Shown one piece after another: positions 13,009 through 26,290 of a stretch of 64,000 nucleotides of DNA (the stretch's first letter is position 1; the number at the start of each line of letters is the position of its first letter). The notes beneath the pieces were generated by a model that saw nothing but the letters and a program-made list of their open reading frames with translations, was not told the DNA's origin and did not search any database. The DNA lies in assembly GCA_044892525.1 (NCBI GenBank), contig CM097887.1, positions 8,246,001 to 8,310,000 of the forward strand, given 5' to 3'. The position numbers were made by a program, and so were the translations under genes. This stretch comes from Schmidtea polychroa. Taxonomy: Eukaryota.

Positions 13009-13165
13009 TTATTTATGTGGTTTTTCAACTGTTATTTTTGTTTCTGCTAACTTGCATCTATTTACATGTACTATGATAGGGTCCTCATTCTTGTACTTTT
13101 GTAAACGCAGATTTTCCTGTACTACTTTGACGACCTCGTATGGGCCCTTAAATGGTTTAGCCAAT
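13009..13165 (-). pseudogene. Ty3/gypsy integrase C-terminal fragment (GPY/F motif)
   Basis: Minus-strand translation KLAKPFKGPYEVVKSTQENLRLQKYKNEDPIIVHVNRCKLAETKITVEKPHK*. Confidence 0.75.
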
Positions 13166-14095
13166 TTTAGCCAAAATTTAACAAATAGAAATAAAATTAA
13201 ATTAAATGAAAAATAATGAAAACGAAACCCTTTAAGATTGGAAATAACAATAAAATAGGAAAAATATTAAATAAGATGGCCGTCAGGATTAAGCAGATAA
13301 AATCAGGAAAAAATTAATTAATAATTAACCTAGGAAAATTAAAAGAAAACATAAAAATAATAATTAAAATAGGAAAAAATACAATTTGCACACCCGCTTA
13401 ACAAAAATGGTGAAGGAATTAGTATATATATATATATATACTAAGAACTTGGTTGACTTTCCTAATGTTATTTTCCCACGACACTCGGTAACCCGTTCAG
13501 TTAGCCACAAACTACAGTTCATTCACTCTATTCACTCATTTTGTTCGAGACTTTGCAACTTCATTGCAACCGAGCTTTCCTTACGTAAATTTTATTGATG
13601 TCTATTGATACTTTACGCTTTTATTTTGTAATGTATAATCAAGGTTGATAACATAACTAAATGTATTATTCATAACGTTTTCTCTCTTCTCCACTCAGTA
13701 GTAATGGATGATTGCAATTAAGATTAATATAGGTATGAATAACCATTCTATTCAAAAGTTTTATCATAATGCTTATCGTATGGATGGGACCAGATTGAAC
13801 GGACGTTCGTGATCTGTAGGCACTTGTGCTGATGGACAGCGGATGTCCAGATATTTTGGCACATCAGGAGTGAAAATGAATGTAAATGTAAAGATTTTGA
13901 GAGAGGAATTTGAGATTGAATGAATGGACAGACTGAGGCAGCAGTTAGATCGGAATCGATATACGAGAGATAAAAAGTTCATTTTCGCCAGTCCACTTTT
14001 AGCACAACGAGTATTGGACGAGCTCAAGAATCCCTTCAATACAAGTAGCATGAGTAAAGTCTGGAAAGAGCTAGGCATAAGGGCATCGTCTAAAA

Positions 14096-16824
14096 CAGGG
14101 ATGGCGAACCTTTTTTTGACTGCGTGCCAATAAATATTATTTTTATAAAATGAAAATACATGCGTGCCAATACAAATTATTTTTATTAAATGAAAATACA
14201 TGCTTTTAAAAATTATATATAGATTCATTTCTATAATATGCTGACATGTTTTTTAATGTGATTTTTGTTGCTGAATATTTCTCGATAATGCATCAATATC
14301 CGGATCATAGTTTGACAATTTTAATGAAATACAAGCCTCCCCACATTCATCGGTAAGTCTGTTTCGTACATCAGATTTTATATTATTCATAATCGAAAAT
14401 AGACTTTCACAGCTATACGTTGATGAAAATATTGTTAGAATAGCTAAAGACAATTTCTTCATCGCATGAAATGTTTCTGGGAGCGAACACCATGTCTTCA
14501 ACAACATATTATTCATGTTTTCGTATTCTTCTTCATTTAATCTTTTTTTTTCATTATTTTCTATTTCTTGCCTTAACTCTATAAATTTCAGCTTCCAAAT
14601 AGAACTTGATTGAAACTCTGCCAACTGCATTTCTAAATTCTCCAACTGTAACCAGTCTAATTGATCAATTTTAGCAGTTTCCATATCAAACTTGTCTGGA
14701 TATTTAATAAAGTTAATTAATGGTTGAAATTTTTTGAAATCTTGAAATCTATTAGCAAAATTGTCTTGTATGTCACTTATAACTGTATAAAATTTATATT
14801 AATTTCATAGACTCCATGAATAGAAAATCTTTGAATGTGATCTTTCAACAAAGGAAAATACTTAAAATTATTGTTGTCAATATCGCGTTTAAATATTACT
14901 AATTTGGACTCAGAACCTTCAATAATATCGAACATTACATCAATTGATTTTCCGGGACCTTGCAATTTAATATTTAATTCATTTAAATGGTTGGAAATAT
15001 CCGTTAAAAACATTAATTTGGTGATCCAGTTATTATCAAAAAGTTCAGGAAATTCGGTTTTTTTATCATTAAGAAACATGATAATTTCATCAAAACATTC
15101 TACAAAACGTTGTAACACAAATCCTCTACTAAGCCAGCGTACGTGATTATACATTAACAATCCATGATAATTTGAACCTACCTCTTGTAGAAGCAACTGA
15201 AATTGCCGCTTATTCAAAGCTCGAGCTGCTATAAAATTTATTATTTTGGAAACAATACTTAAAATATCATCAAATGCTGCCAATCCAGACTTCGCACATA
15301 GAACTTCTTGATGAATTATACAATGAAAATTAATAATTGGATGCCCAACGTGTTCTTGAAAAAGAGATACAAAACCAGCTTGCCGTCCTATCATTGAGGG
15401 AGCTCCATCAGTTGTAATTGACACTATTGTTGATGTATCTATCTCAGCTATTTGAAACATTTTTATAACTGCATCACTAATATCTTTCCCAGTTGTTTTT
15501 GCTGATAAGGAAACTAGTGAAAGCAATTCCTCAACTATTTTTTCTCCTTTAGCATAACGAGCAATTATGGACAAGCGAGCTGAAGATGTTACGTCGGTAC
15601 TTTTATCAAGACATATAGAAAATAGCTTTGCTGAACGTATATCATTTATTTTTTTAATATTAATATTTTTATGCATTTTTAATATCCTGTCTTTAACAGT
15701 ATTTCGACTTATACTTAATTCTTCAATGCGCTTAAGTATCTGCTCTTTATTTTGAAAATCTTCAAATAAATGTGGTGCACATTTAATGAAAGCTTCTTTA
15801 ATATAATCTCCATCGCTAAATGGTTTGCTATGAGTATCAATAGTCTTGGAAACCTCAAAACTAGCAGCAACTAAATAATTTGTATGTTTCAAAAATGTAA
15901 TGAATGAGTTTGATTGGAAATTTTTATTTTTAACTTCACGTGCAATATATTCTTTTTGTTCTGAATCACTTTTAGATAAAAGAAATGAATGAGTAGTTTC
16001 ATAATGACGTTTTACTGAGGATGTTCTGCACACTACTGTATTTCCACACAACGCACACAGGGCATTGTTATTGCTTTTCATCATTCCATATTTATCAGTC
16101 CACCAATCTTGAAATGGTCTGTTAGAGCTGGCCTCTGTTTTCCTTTTCTTATTTTCTGACATTCTAAAGTTGAAACATATTATTTATTTATCATTAAAAT
16201 TGTTAATGAATTACCTTTTGAAATCAATTATAATTGTCTTCTAAAAATATAAATAGATATTTTTTATTAGCAAAAAATAATACTAAAATAAGAAAACACA
16301 ATTTTCAATCGCACTTACAGAGTTTTTAACTGAACTGAATTAGAATTAGTGAATTTCAATTTTGGCGAGAATGCAAATATTAAAACAATTTTCAATCGCA
16401 CTTACAAAGTTTTTAACTGAACTGCATTAAAATTAGTGAATTTCACTTTTGGCGAGAATGCAAATATTCATATATATATGTATGTATATATTTGAAAATC
16501 CAAAGCATACTATATTCATTTTAACATTTTTTTTATATTTAAAATTACATGTTCATACTTGTACATACCTATACCTACATACGCAAATAATATAATTATA
16601 TTTTAACGTTATGAATAAAGGCGCCAGAAATCTGGAAGTTCGTTTTTAAATAACAAAATTTATGCATTAAATTTGAATTGAGTTCACAATTTTTTCAATA
16701 TCAAAAATGCATTTGGATTAGTCAGTACATTACATATGTATGAAAATGAAAAATATTATACGTGCCAGCGAAAATTTATCTGCGTGCCACTTTGGGCACG
16801 CGTGCCATAGGTTCGCCATCCCTG
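14096..16824 (-). mobile_element. hAT transposon, Buster/Charlie/SPIN-like, full length (2729 bp)
   Basis: 16-bp TIR cagggatggcgaacct; perfect 8-bp TSD gtctaaaa (14088-14095, 16825-16832); cgtgcca subterminal motifs; 87-bp tandem duplication in the 5' UTR (~16298-16470). Confidence 0.96.
14253..16162 (-). pseudogene. hAT transposase (GTF2IRD2/ZBED8/Buster-like), one frameshift
   Basis: BED-like finger (CALC...KRHYETTH), LDKSTD, ITTDGAPSM, FHCIIHQE, VRWLSRG and STYSCESLFS dimerisation motif. A frameshift near 14790-14800 links to FYTVISDIQDKFANRFQDF. Confidence 0.93.
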
Positions 16825-17421
16825 GTCTAAAACACCTATAATTTAGTCGTAACTCCTTGTAGAAAATCCATAAATCTTGTAAGAGACTGATCGAAACACG
16901 AACTGCACGTTGTAGAATCATAAGAGCATTGACGTAATTCCAGAATAAATTGGAAATCCATGCCTACTCGTGAGCTACTGAAACTTTTGCAACCACGTAA
17001 CGTTACTGTGAGAATGAATATTTGAACGTGAATCCATATAGTTGTCATACTATCAGTAGGCACTCGAACTAATCCACGATAATTTATCGAATCCATACAT
17101 CACTCACAAAGCTGGAGATACCGCCTACCTTCATAATCGTAATAGTAAAATGATTTCGTCGTAAAATACGAACTGCAATAAAATTAGTCGGATATTAGCA
17201 AGACCGGAAATGTCACTCATCAGGCTCGACATAAACATAACGGATTTCAATCCGCCAGTGTTGACATTTGAGCGTTCATAACTGTCGATTCTTATGGTAA
17301 AATCTGAATCTCGAATAGCAGAATGAAATTCAATAACAACTCATAAAGAGTAGTAGGCATAGAGGTCAATGGAATATTCAACATAAACATCTTGAATTTA
17401 TAAATAAACTACGGGACAGAC

Positions 17422-17906
17422 CAGGGGTGGGGAACCTTTTTATTTCCATAGGCCACATTGAAATTTGTCGCCTTCAAATGAGGCCGCAGTCAAAAATTAT
17501 TTTAACATTAATTAATTTCATTTTAAATTTTTTGTTTATATGCAGTTAGTAATTAAAACAATATTTATAATTAGTCTCCAGATTTGAAAAAGCAGCTGTA
17601 CGAAATATTTTGGAAAATGTTTTTTATTTCTGAATCGAAAAATTGATGCAAATAAGTCATCATTTCACAAATGAGTGCTCAATAATCTTATTTATTCGTC
17701 TACATACGTTTTGTATTTATAGGTGTTATTTCGTTTTGTATTTTCGGCGGGATGCTTGTACAGTACGATATATATACAGATCAGTAGTCACAAGCATTTT
17801 TTTTCTAAATCCTCAAAATTCATGGTTTTTTATATAAATTAAGATTTATTTTGATAAAGCTCAGGAGGCCGCATGCAGTCTAAAGGCCGCAGGTTCCCCA
17901 CCTTTG
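17422..17906. mobile_element. Non-autonomous hAT (Charlie-like) MITE, 485 bp
   Basis: TIRs caggggtggggaacct / caaaggtggggaacct (14/16); 8-bp TSD ggacagac / ggatagac. Confidence 0.85.
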
Positions 17907-17989
17907 GGATAGACAATGTGATTTCGAAGGGGAATGCGAGCATATTGTGTATAGGGCATGATAACTACCAAATGAATCGAAAGGGTGAA

Positions 17990-19837
17990 TGTAATAACAT
18001 TAATTCTAGTAAACGGTTTTCAGGTTTTGACTATTAGTTTCTTAACCAACGTTCGATAACATTGACGCTAATAAATTTATTTTAAAATTTTTATCATTAA
18101 TTTCATAATAAAGGGTCGATAATATTAACGAGATTAAATCAATTTCAAATTTTCGCCATTATTTTCTTGATAAAAGATAAAACCCCTCTGCCATCCACTG
18201 ATCAGATTTGCGTTCCTTAGTATTGAGGCACTTTGTTGTGATTGCGTAGGGTAGTGATGAAAAACAGGAATGGAAAGACCACTGAGGGGTATAAATTAGG
18301 GTATAGCAAGTTTGACGAGAGGAAAGGAAAATTTTTTGCAGAGGTATGGGGTATACAATTTGTGTCCTACCAGTTACCCCTGATTTACAATCTATGGGTT
18401 GGGTGGTCGCGAAACTTATCCCAATCTTGATGATGTGTAAATAAAATCCAGGTGACCTGCGTGGAGTGTCGGGCGTCGGATTCATCGATAAATTCATTTT
18501 CTTGTATAGATGTCGGAACCGAATTTGTCAAGGACTGATACGAAGCCGTGTTTCTCTTGCGCGGAAAAGAACGCCACGATGAAACAACTACGTACTGAGA
18601 TTGGGGCTCTTAAGAAACGGGTCAATTTAATGGAAGGAACGTGGTTCTCACCACCACGGATGAAAGAGGCAAACCGGAGTATTTTACGCCTGGAACACTG
18701 TCGAGACAGTTTGCTGAAGGAAAATCGAAGCCAGCGACTCACTTCACCACGTTTATTCCGAAGCCGAGTTACGAAAGCGAGTTGCCGAATACTCCGTCAC
18801 CGAGGATACTAGAGTGTCTAAAAGGTCTTCATGCTCGAGTAATAGAATCGAACTATCTCCGTCACAGACTCCCGATGTCATGTATGTCGGTACGAGTACA
18901 ATTCCAGCTCAGACATCGAAAATGGCACTCTTTCGCTGGATCTTGCAGTTTCGTCAATAACACTTGTTCCTATAATCCGATCAAAACGGAAGCGTCTCAT
19001 GCGTGAAGAACGAACCAAACAAAGACGAGACGAATGAGCTGCTGCGTGGCCGCGCTGTTTGCAGCTCCGATCTCTATCAAGCCCAGATCCGATCCAGTTC
19101 TAGCCGTAATCGATCCACCTTTTTACCGGATCGTACCGACCACGGACACCCCAGTTTTGATCGATTCGCAGTTAGAGATGGATGTTGAGGCTCTAATGCG
19201 AGAAACTGAGGATACTGGATTTTGATCAACCAAATCAGAAGTGTATGCGAAACTTGCACCGTCTCAATATCGTAGATCAACGTAGTGTAATAGAGATTCC
19301 CAGTAGTACAGACTCATCCGGTGTTATAATTCGTGTCGACACATTTGGTTGTGAGTTACTTTGAACTTATGTGTGATGAATATTTCTATCCGTCGAACTG
19401 TGTAAAAGTAAAGTCAATGTTTTATGTAATGTATTAGTTTCCGTTCGTTAAATTATAAGTTTATAGTTCATAGAATTGTCTTTTGCGAATCGATACGAAG
19501 GTGGAATGATGATGTAAATGTGAATAAGATAGTTTGCAATCAACCTCGTTGGACTAGGGGTTGTGAGTGTAGTATTACACATAATTAATATGGATTTAAG
19601 GCCTTCTATCAGCATTCCTGAACCCGTATTGAGAATACAATGAGGAGTAGTTCTAACACAGGAGCTCACCTGCTAATGGATTACCAGCTATTATGTACAG
19701 CACCAATATGGTCTTCACCATGGGTACATGGGTGGTTTAACGGCAACAGTCATCACAAGCGTTTAGGAAGGAGTCTACTTGACTAGCTCGAATACCCCTG
19801 ACATCTGAAAACCAGACACACTCCTAAGCGCCCAACA
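17990..19837 (+). mobile_element. Long LTR (~1.85 kb) containing an ORF; probably a 3' LTR, related to 56401-58261
   Basis: Preceded by purine tract gaaagggtgaa (17979-17989); starts TGTAATAACATT and ends CCCAACA; shares the ORF family and the ccttctatc..gagtagtt..agctcac block with the 56.4-58.3 kb LTR. Boundaries are inferred. Confidence 0.6.
18510..19225 (+). pseudogene. PCFSC/EGTWF-family ORF, copy 1 (frameshifted)
   Basis: KPCFSCAEKNA..MEGTWFSPPRMKE..LEHCRDSLLKENRSQR. Downstream frames recover LHHVY, PDVMYVGTS, KRKRLMREERTKQRR and an acidic C-terminus, all matching 56974-57726. Confidence 0.8.
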
Positions 19838-20273
19838 CTCGGAACGATTATTTCTATTGTCATCAAAATAACTATCCCTATTAGAACTGTTTCTGTTATT
19901 CTCAACTCGATTATCTCTATTTTCAAAACGATTTCTATTATATTCGAAACGGCTATCTCTATTAATTCTGTTATAGTCAGAACGACTGTCAAAGGTATCT
20001 CGATTAACATTATTTTATTTAATATTTTATTTAATATTTTATTTAATGTAACCACCTATTTCTTTAAAACCTCCTTTCCTTTACATCATTCCTTCTAATC
20101 CTTACTATAATATAAGATATACTATATTAACGCTACAAAAATCACAAATGGAGTCTTCCTACTCCTACCCAGCAAGTTTTCTGATAAAATCCATTTTTCA
20201 AATTGTTCGATTCAGCAAGTAATAACGAGCGACCTGACATACGTTGTCTAACAACATCTCCGATGTATTAACT

Positions 20274-20640
20274 TCATTTGAGGTAGGTAAATCGCTGATT
20301 GCAACACATGATTACCTGCCAATACACAATACTCCAACACTCTCTATAAACCTCATGTACCATTGATATTGTGAGTTGCGAGTTAGACAATGAAAAAACG
20401 AAATGGATAGTTTCATTGATTAATTTCGTTATTGATTCTGAATGTCCATATAATATATCAATCTGTTTGGTACCATATAAACTCCATACAATTATAGTAT
20501 CATCCATTCGACCAGTGAATGCAACTCTCTATTTATTGTCAGAAACTTCTGACAAAACAACATTCGAATGACCACTCAAAACAAATTCATCATATTCATT
20601 ATCCTTAGCATTTTTAAAATCCATACCATTTTCCATTTCG
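20274..20640 (-). pseudogene. WD40-repeat gene fragment
   Basis: FVLSGHSNVVLSEVSDNK*RVAFTGRMDDTIIVWSLYGTKQIDILYGHSESITKL matches the GH...D.TI.VW WD40 pattern; one in-frame TAG. Confidence 0.5.
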
Positions 20641-20659
20641 AAATTAATCATCAACGAAT

Positions 20660-21745
20660 TTAAAAATTTTTATTTTTACAAGACTAATCCTGAAAATTGC
20701 CATGAAAGTTTGAGCCATTATGCAGGAACCCAACACGTCTTGAGTGTGTTGAACGAAAAATATTGGAATTTGAAGGCCAAAGTAATGATCAAGCAATGTG
20801 AGACAGAATGCGCAATGTGTAGCAAAAGAAGCGCTAAAGGAATGAGTCAAATAAAGGCACCGTTACCGTCGTTCAGGGTTTCAGAACTATTTAGAGCCTT
20901 TTTTCACTTGGCAGTAAACTTTGCAGGACCATTTGAAAATAAAGTAGGCAGAGGAAAGGTGAGAAATAAAATGTTTAAAGTCACGGGCGGTGCATATTGA
21001 AATGGCATATGGGTTGGATACAGATTCATTCATTCGAGCTTTTATGAGGTTTGCAGCGAGGCGAGGAATGCCAAAATTGATGATTCCAGACAATGGCACA
21101 AATTTTATAGGCGCCACTTCTACAGTAAAGAATTTTGTAATCGACAACTATAAAACTCAAAGAGAGTTGTCGAAGCATCAATGCAGTTGGATCTTCAATC
21201 CTCCATCAGCACCGCATTTTGGGGGAGTTTTTTGAGTCCATGATTAAATCGGCAAAGAGAGCAATGAATGCAATACTGATAAGTGCAGAAGTGACGGACG
21301 AAGAATTGGAAAATGTTTTGACAAGGGCTGAAATGTTGATAAATTCGCGGTCATTAATAGTTCAGGCAATAGACAGCAAGGAAGACGCTGTGCTAACACC
21401 AAATCATTTACTAATTGCCGGATGGAAAGGAGAAGCTGTAAAAAATGTAGAAGTGAAGAAAATGTCAAGTACGATGTTTCTGTGGAAACGAATTCAGGAG
21501 TTAACTGAACACTTTTGGCGACGATGGATGAAAGAATTGGTTCCGTGCTGAAGGCAAAGGGCAAAATGGAATAAGATAGATGATGCTCAGGCAGGGTCAA
21601 CAGTGTGGGTATTAGACAAAAAGAATGAGTATAGAAAGTGGCCAATGGGGACGGTAATCGAAATGATACCTGGAGAAGACGGAAAACCACGCGTGATGAG
21701 AATTAAATGTGAAGGAAAGACTTGTTTTTTAAAATTTGGTAATTT
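20660..21745 (+). pseudogene. BEL/Pao retrotransposon integrase plus C-terminal domain remnant
   Basis: HHCC (CHESLSHYAG...CAMC), FAGPF, RFAARRGMPKLMIPDNGTNF, WIFNPPSAPHFGG.FESMIKSAK, LTPNHLL, FWRRWMKELVP, WPMG.V.E..PGEDGK.RV; contains stops and frameshifts. Confidence 0.9.
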
Positions 21746-22485
21746 GTGAATTTGAAAATAAAAAGATTTAAATTCGTATAAATTATATACCAAAAATAAT
21801 AATAATAATAATATGAGAATTTTTAACACACAAAAAATGACAAAAATGATTAACATTAACAAAAAACGACTTTTGGAAACAATTTCACTCTAATAATAAT
21901 TATACATGAAAAATTACTGGAAATGACATGTCATAAATATCAAAATTCTACATATTTCATGGGGTAAGGTGCCCTTTTATGGGCATCCTGAGGTAAATAA
22001 ATAATGCAGCGGATTGCTGATGCTGCGGGTTGCTAATGTCCAGTTAACAAAGGTTTGCACGAGTAAATAGAGGTTTACTATTTCGTAACGTGATTTAAGT
22101 GCAAAGTACAAAAATTGCGTATTTCATAAAAGTTTCCTGATTGTTTGTTTCCTAACTAACTTTTAGCTGGATTGAGCGGTAAGCATGACATAAATTGTAT
22201 TACCTTTAAAGCATTTTTGTTATTCTTCGCAATGAGCGATAAGAGGCGATTTGGTATGGGCTAATTGTTGCCAGCTACTTTTCCAGGCTACGTTGTAGCT
22301 GCTTAATATGGGCACCCTGACAAGCCCTAATATGAGCAAATGCCCACATTAGGCTCGCTTACCAGAGCTGCTATGAATTAAAATTTTGTTCTTGTATTGA
22401 CAAATTGTATTGCAATTTCATTATGGAAATTGTTTTATTATCAAGAATTCTTTTTGATCTGGTCAGTTTTCTGCGTTTTTAGAAA

Positions 22486-22660
22486 ATGTCGTCTACTAGT
22501 ATTTCAAAAAAATGAGGCGTGTGTTCCGAAGCGATATTCCTGATGTTGTTTAATGTGGAAGCAATATGAAAATGGCAGCCAAAAAGTATGGACTTTCAAG
22601 AGCAACACTTCAAAGACACATCAAGACGCAGGAGGAAGAGGAGCTGGGAAATCTTATCTA
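22486..22660 (+). pseudogene. pogo-like transposase N-terminal HTH_psq remnant
   Basis: MKMAAKKYGLSRATLQRHIK resembles a pipsqueak HTH; upstream ggtaaggtgccc / aatatgggcacc motifs lie at 21965-22350. Confidence 0.45.
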
Positions 22661-22851
22661 ATGTAAATTTTAATTCAAGGATTTTCTTTAATTGTCTATT
22701 CGTTTAACTAAAATAATTTTGTTGACTAAACATCTATCACATGAACGGAATTGTTAACGTCATCTGTCATCACTACTTAGTATCTGTTTTGCTGCTAGCA
22801 CCAAACGATTTAGTTTTAAGTTAATCAGCATTTTTTTCTCTGTTATAGATC

Positions 22852-23367
22852 ATGACAACCAATCCAACTCCGAAACCCGCACTTAAACCATGTTTCTCGT
22901 ACTTGGACAAAAATGCTGCCCTCTGGGCACAAGTAGAAATCAACCTTTTAAAGAAAAAGATCGACTATCTGGAGGGGACGTGGTTTACCCCCATCCAGAT
23001 GAAGGAAACCAAAAAGAAGTTGTTGGGGGTCGAACATTGCCGCAACAACTTACTTGAAGAAAATCGGGCACAGCGTATGCTATTGAAGGAACAATCGCAG
23101 GCGTTGCACAAGATCTACAGGAAGAGATCAACAGGAAGATTGTCAGCCTTCCCGTATTAGAAAAAGATAATGTGTACGGTTTGCAAGTGGTGTGTGAAGC
23201 CCGTTCTCTCTCCCACCATTCCCGAAGTCATCATGACTACGATTAGTCCGGCTCCCGTCATACAACTCAGAGTCAGCAAGGTAACCGAAGCCCCTATAGT
23301 AACCACTAAACCGAAACCGAAACAGTCAACCTGGGTCGAACGCACCAAGCAAAAACCGAGGCCCTAG
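22852..23367 (+). pseudogene. PCFSC/EGTWF-family ORF, copy 2 (in-frame TAG at 23158-23160)
   Basis: ORFs 22852-23160 and 23170-23367 share one frame: KPCFSYLDKNA, LEGTWFTP, EHCRNNLLEENRAQR, CKWCV...PEVIMTT, KPKPKQSTWVERTKQ. Confidence 0.8.
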
Positions 23368-24092
23368 CGATAGCAAGCACTGAGATCCGATAACCATGCT
23401 AAAAATCTTTGGTAAAAAAGAGCCACTGGCGGAAAAGGACCAACCTGTCTCTTCGGAGCAGGTTTTTATTTGAAATAAAATTTATTTAAATCAATGAATT
23501 TTTAAATTTTTTTTATCTTTTATACTATTTTGCAGGAACCATTGAAATGTCCAAGGATCTCCAAATTGCTTGTTGGGAATACGCTGGCCACATTATTAGG
23601 AATGTCAGTCAATATATATATGTATGCTGACAAACTCATCTCAGAACAATTTATTATAAAAAGATTAATCGGAAAACAGCACTGGATTTCCTAAAAGCAT
23701 TTGAAGAAGCTATTATGATATCGCAAAATAAAATTAACCCTTTGACGTTCTGTGGTATATATATGTACCACGTCTTCAACAAAATAGTTCACCAATAAAT
23801 AAACATAATTTGGTTTCGCCCTTTGATAAAAATACTCTCATATGCCTAATGATTATCATTGGAATCTTTGGTGTCTATAAAAACATTGTTTTAGTTAATA
23901 CGATCTCGTTAAATATTTGAAATTTTCAGAATTTTGAGACATTATCTTCTACTCAGATTACTTTAGGTAATCTTTTGTTTTTGAAAACGTTTTTCATATT
24001 ATATTATTTCACAATGATTTAACTAACATAATGACTATTAAAATAACTTAAATACTATTTTTTTGTACTTCAGAGAACTGAAATAACTTGGT

Positions 24093-24094
<2 letters not shown>

Positions 24095-24170
<76 letters not shown>
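24095..24170 (+). repeat. (TA)38 microsatellite inside a piggyBac subterminal palindrome
   Basis: Reads gtgg(ta)38ccacagaacg. Confidence 0.97.
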
Positions 24171-24172
<2 letters not shown>

Positions 24173-24323
24173 ACAGAACGGTAAACATAAATTTAGCGTA
24201 TTATATAGTTCATTATTAAATTACTAAATTGATAGTACTTAGTGATAGCACAGAAATATAATTAAAATGAAAATACATATTTTAACACTTGCTATTTATT
24301 TTTTATGATTTTTATTATAGGAT

Positions 24324-26290
24324 ATGTCAAAAGAAAAAAGAATTGTTCACTCAAGACGAGCCTGTGCTCAAAAAGCAATTTCACTTTTATGGGCGGATAA
24401 TTCTGAGGACGAAATGGAAAACCTTGATGAGGAAGATGTTACCCTGATTGAAAATGACATTGAAATGGGTATCGACGAAACAATAATAGAAGGTATATAA
24501 GCTAGCTACAAATTAAAATCAGCATTTATGGTGACCAAAGTTTTCTTTTTATGTTTTTAGACATAGATGTTGATGAGGAATCTAAAGACTTATCTGATGA
24601 GTCAGGTACATTATTTCGATTTCCTAATATATTTCAATCGAATTCGTATATTTGTTTCTGTTGCCATTTCAGAACGTGATTCAGATGTGTTGCATTCAAC
24701 GGCTTTAAATATAAAATGGCAAAAGAAAAAACGGAGATTGTTGGAATTCCCTACACCTACAAAACTAGTAGATTTCGGAAAAGTGAAAGTGGATATTGAA
24801 CCTGCAACTGCCTACTCTTCATTTGAAATCACAACAAATTTTGAAGATCTTGTAACACTCATTATTGAACAAACTAAATTGTATGCTCAACAACAGGGAA
24901 TTATATTCGATGTAACAAGTGAAGAGATAAAAGCATTTCTGGGTATATGCATAATTATGGGCTATAACAGATTACCAAATCTCCGTGACTATTGGTCAAC
25001 TGACAGAGATCTCCATGTAGATGCAATTGCCGATGTGATGACAGTGAAAAGATTTGAATTTATCCTAAAGAATTTGCACTTTAGTGATAATGCTCTTCAA
25101 CCACATAAAGACAATCCGGAATACGAAATAGCGTACAAAGTACATCCACTAATAAACCATTTCAACAAAGCGTTTCAAGCTGCAATGGAAATGGAAAATG
25201 AAATGTCAATTGATGAACACATGATTAAGTTCACTGGGAAAAGTGCAATGAAACAGTACGTCAAAGGAAAACCCATACCCTGGGGATTCAAAATGTGGGC
25301 CCGAGCATCATCACACTCTGGATATGTTCATGAACTTGACATGTATCAAGGCAAAGTTTATAATGAAGGTCGCCAATTTGGTCTAGGTGGAAGTGTGGTA
25401 ATGCATTTGGCAAAGAGTCTTCACAACACAAACTGTATCCTGGCAATGGATAATTTCTTCTCCTCGGTAGAGCTGTTTTTCTATTTACGTGAAAACGGTG
25501 TTCAAGCTATTGGTACTATCAGAACATCACGAAAACATTTGCCAGATGATGTACGTGCTAACAAGTGTATGAAAGAGGGTGATATTTACTCTTACGTTAG
25601 CACTAATGGCAGTATCTCATCAATAAAGTGGATGGACAAACGTCCTGTCACTATTCTATCCAATTATGAGACTCCTTTTGAAACCACGACCGTTATGAGA
25701 AGACGAAGAGGTACGGCTGGTAAAATGCCTAAAACTGTTCCAAAAATGGTTTCGACGTATAATTCAATTATGGGAGGTGTTGACATTGCAGATCAACGAA
25801 AAGAGGCATATGGAATCGACCGAAGGTAAGCAAAAATTTACAGCCTCTGTGCACATTATAACTCTACATACATTGTTTGTTTTGATTTTTTTACTTAAAG
25901 GTCAAAAGTGAAGTTCTACTTACGCATTTTCTTTGACCTACTGGATATTGGTGTGTGTAATTCCTATGTCATTTTCAAGAAACTAAATGGGGCAACCTAA
26001 TGAAGGCTCTTGACTTTCGCAGATCTGTGGCGCTATCTCTCACTGGTCGTTACAGTAGTCGTCAGAGAGAGACATCCGCCAATCCTCCTTCAAAGAAAAT
26101 TCGACCGAGTAATGCTGCTTGTCCTACACCACAACATTTACCAGTATTCACAGAAGACAGAAAGCGATGCACATACTGCAGCACCTGAAGACATTATTGC
26201 CGCAGCAACATTAAATGCAGTTCATGTGATGTTCACCTCTGTCTGAATGCTCAACGTCAGTGTTATTCACTTTATCATATAATTGACTGA
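24324..26290 (+). pseudogene. piggyBac transposase with three introns (exons 24324-24492, 24561-24605, 24673-25825, 25901-26290)
   Basis: GT-AG introns of 68, 67 and 75 nt keep the frame. DDD motifs SIDEHM, AMDNFF, MGGVDIADQ; C-terminal Cys-rich domain CTYC..CSSCDVHLC..C..YH. One frameshift at ~25990 (G4 run) and an in-frame TGA at 26186-26188. Confidence 0.9.

Noticed and set aside
13780-17200. GC-richer coding-like sequence flanking the hAT insertion (13780-14095 and 16833-17200)
   Set aside because: The reconstructed empty site gives no long frame on either strand and no recognisable motif, so it was left unannotated. ORF 13924-14133 reads into the TIR.
82-26290. Non-standard genetic code (TGA as sense) suggested by in-frame TGAs
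   Set aside because: In-frame TAA and TAG lesions also occur, intact long ORFs (LARP1, gag) contain no in-frame TGA and use TGG for Trp, and several ORFs end normally at TGA.
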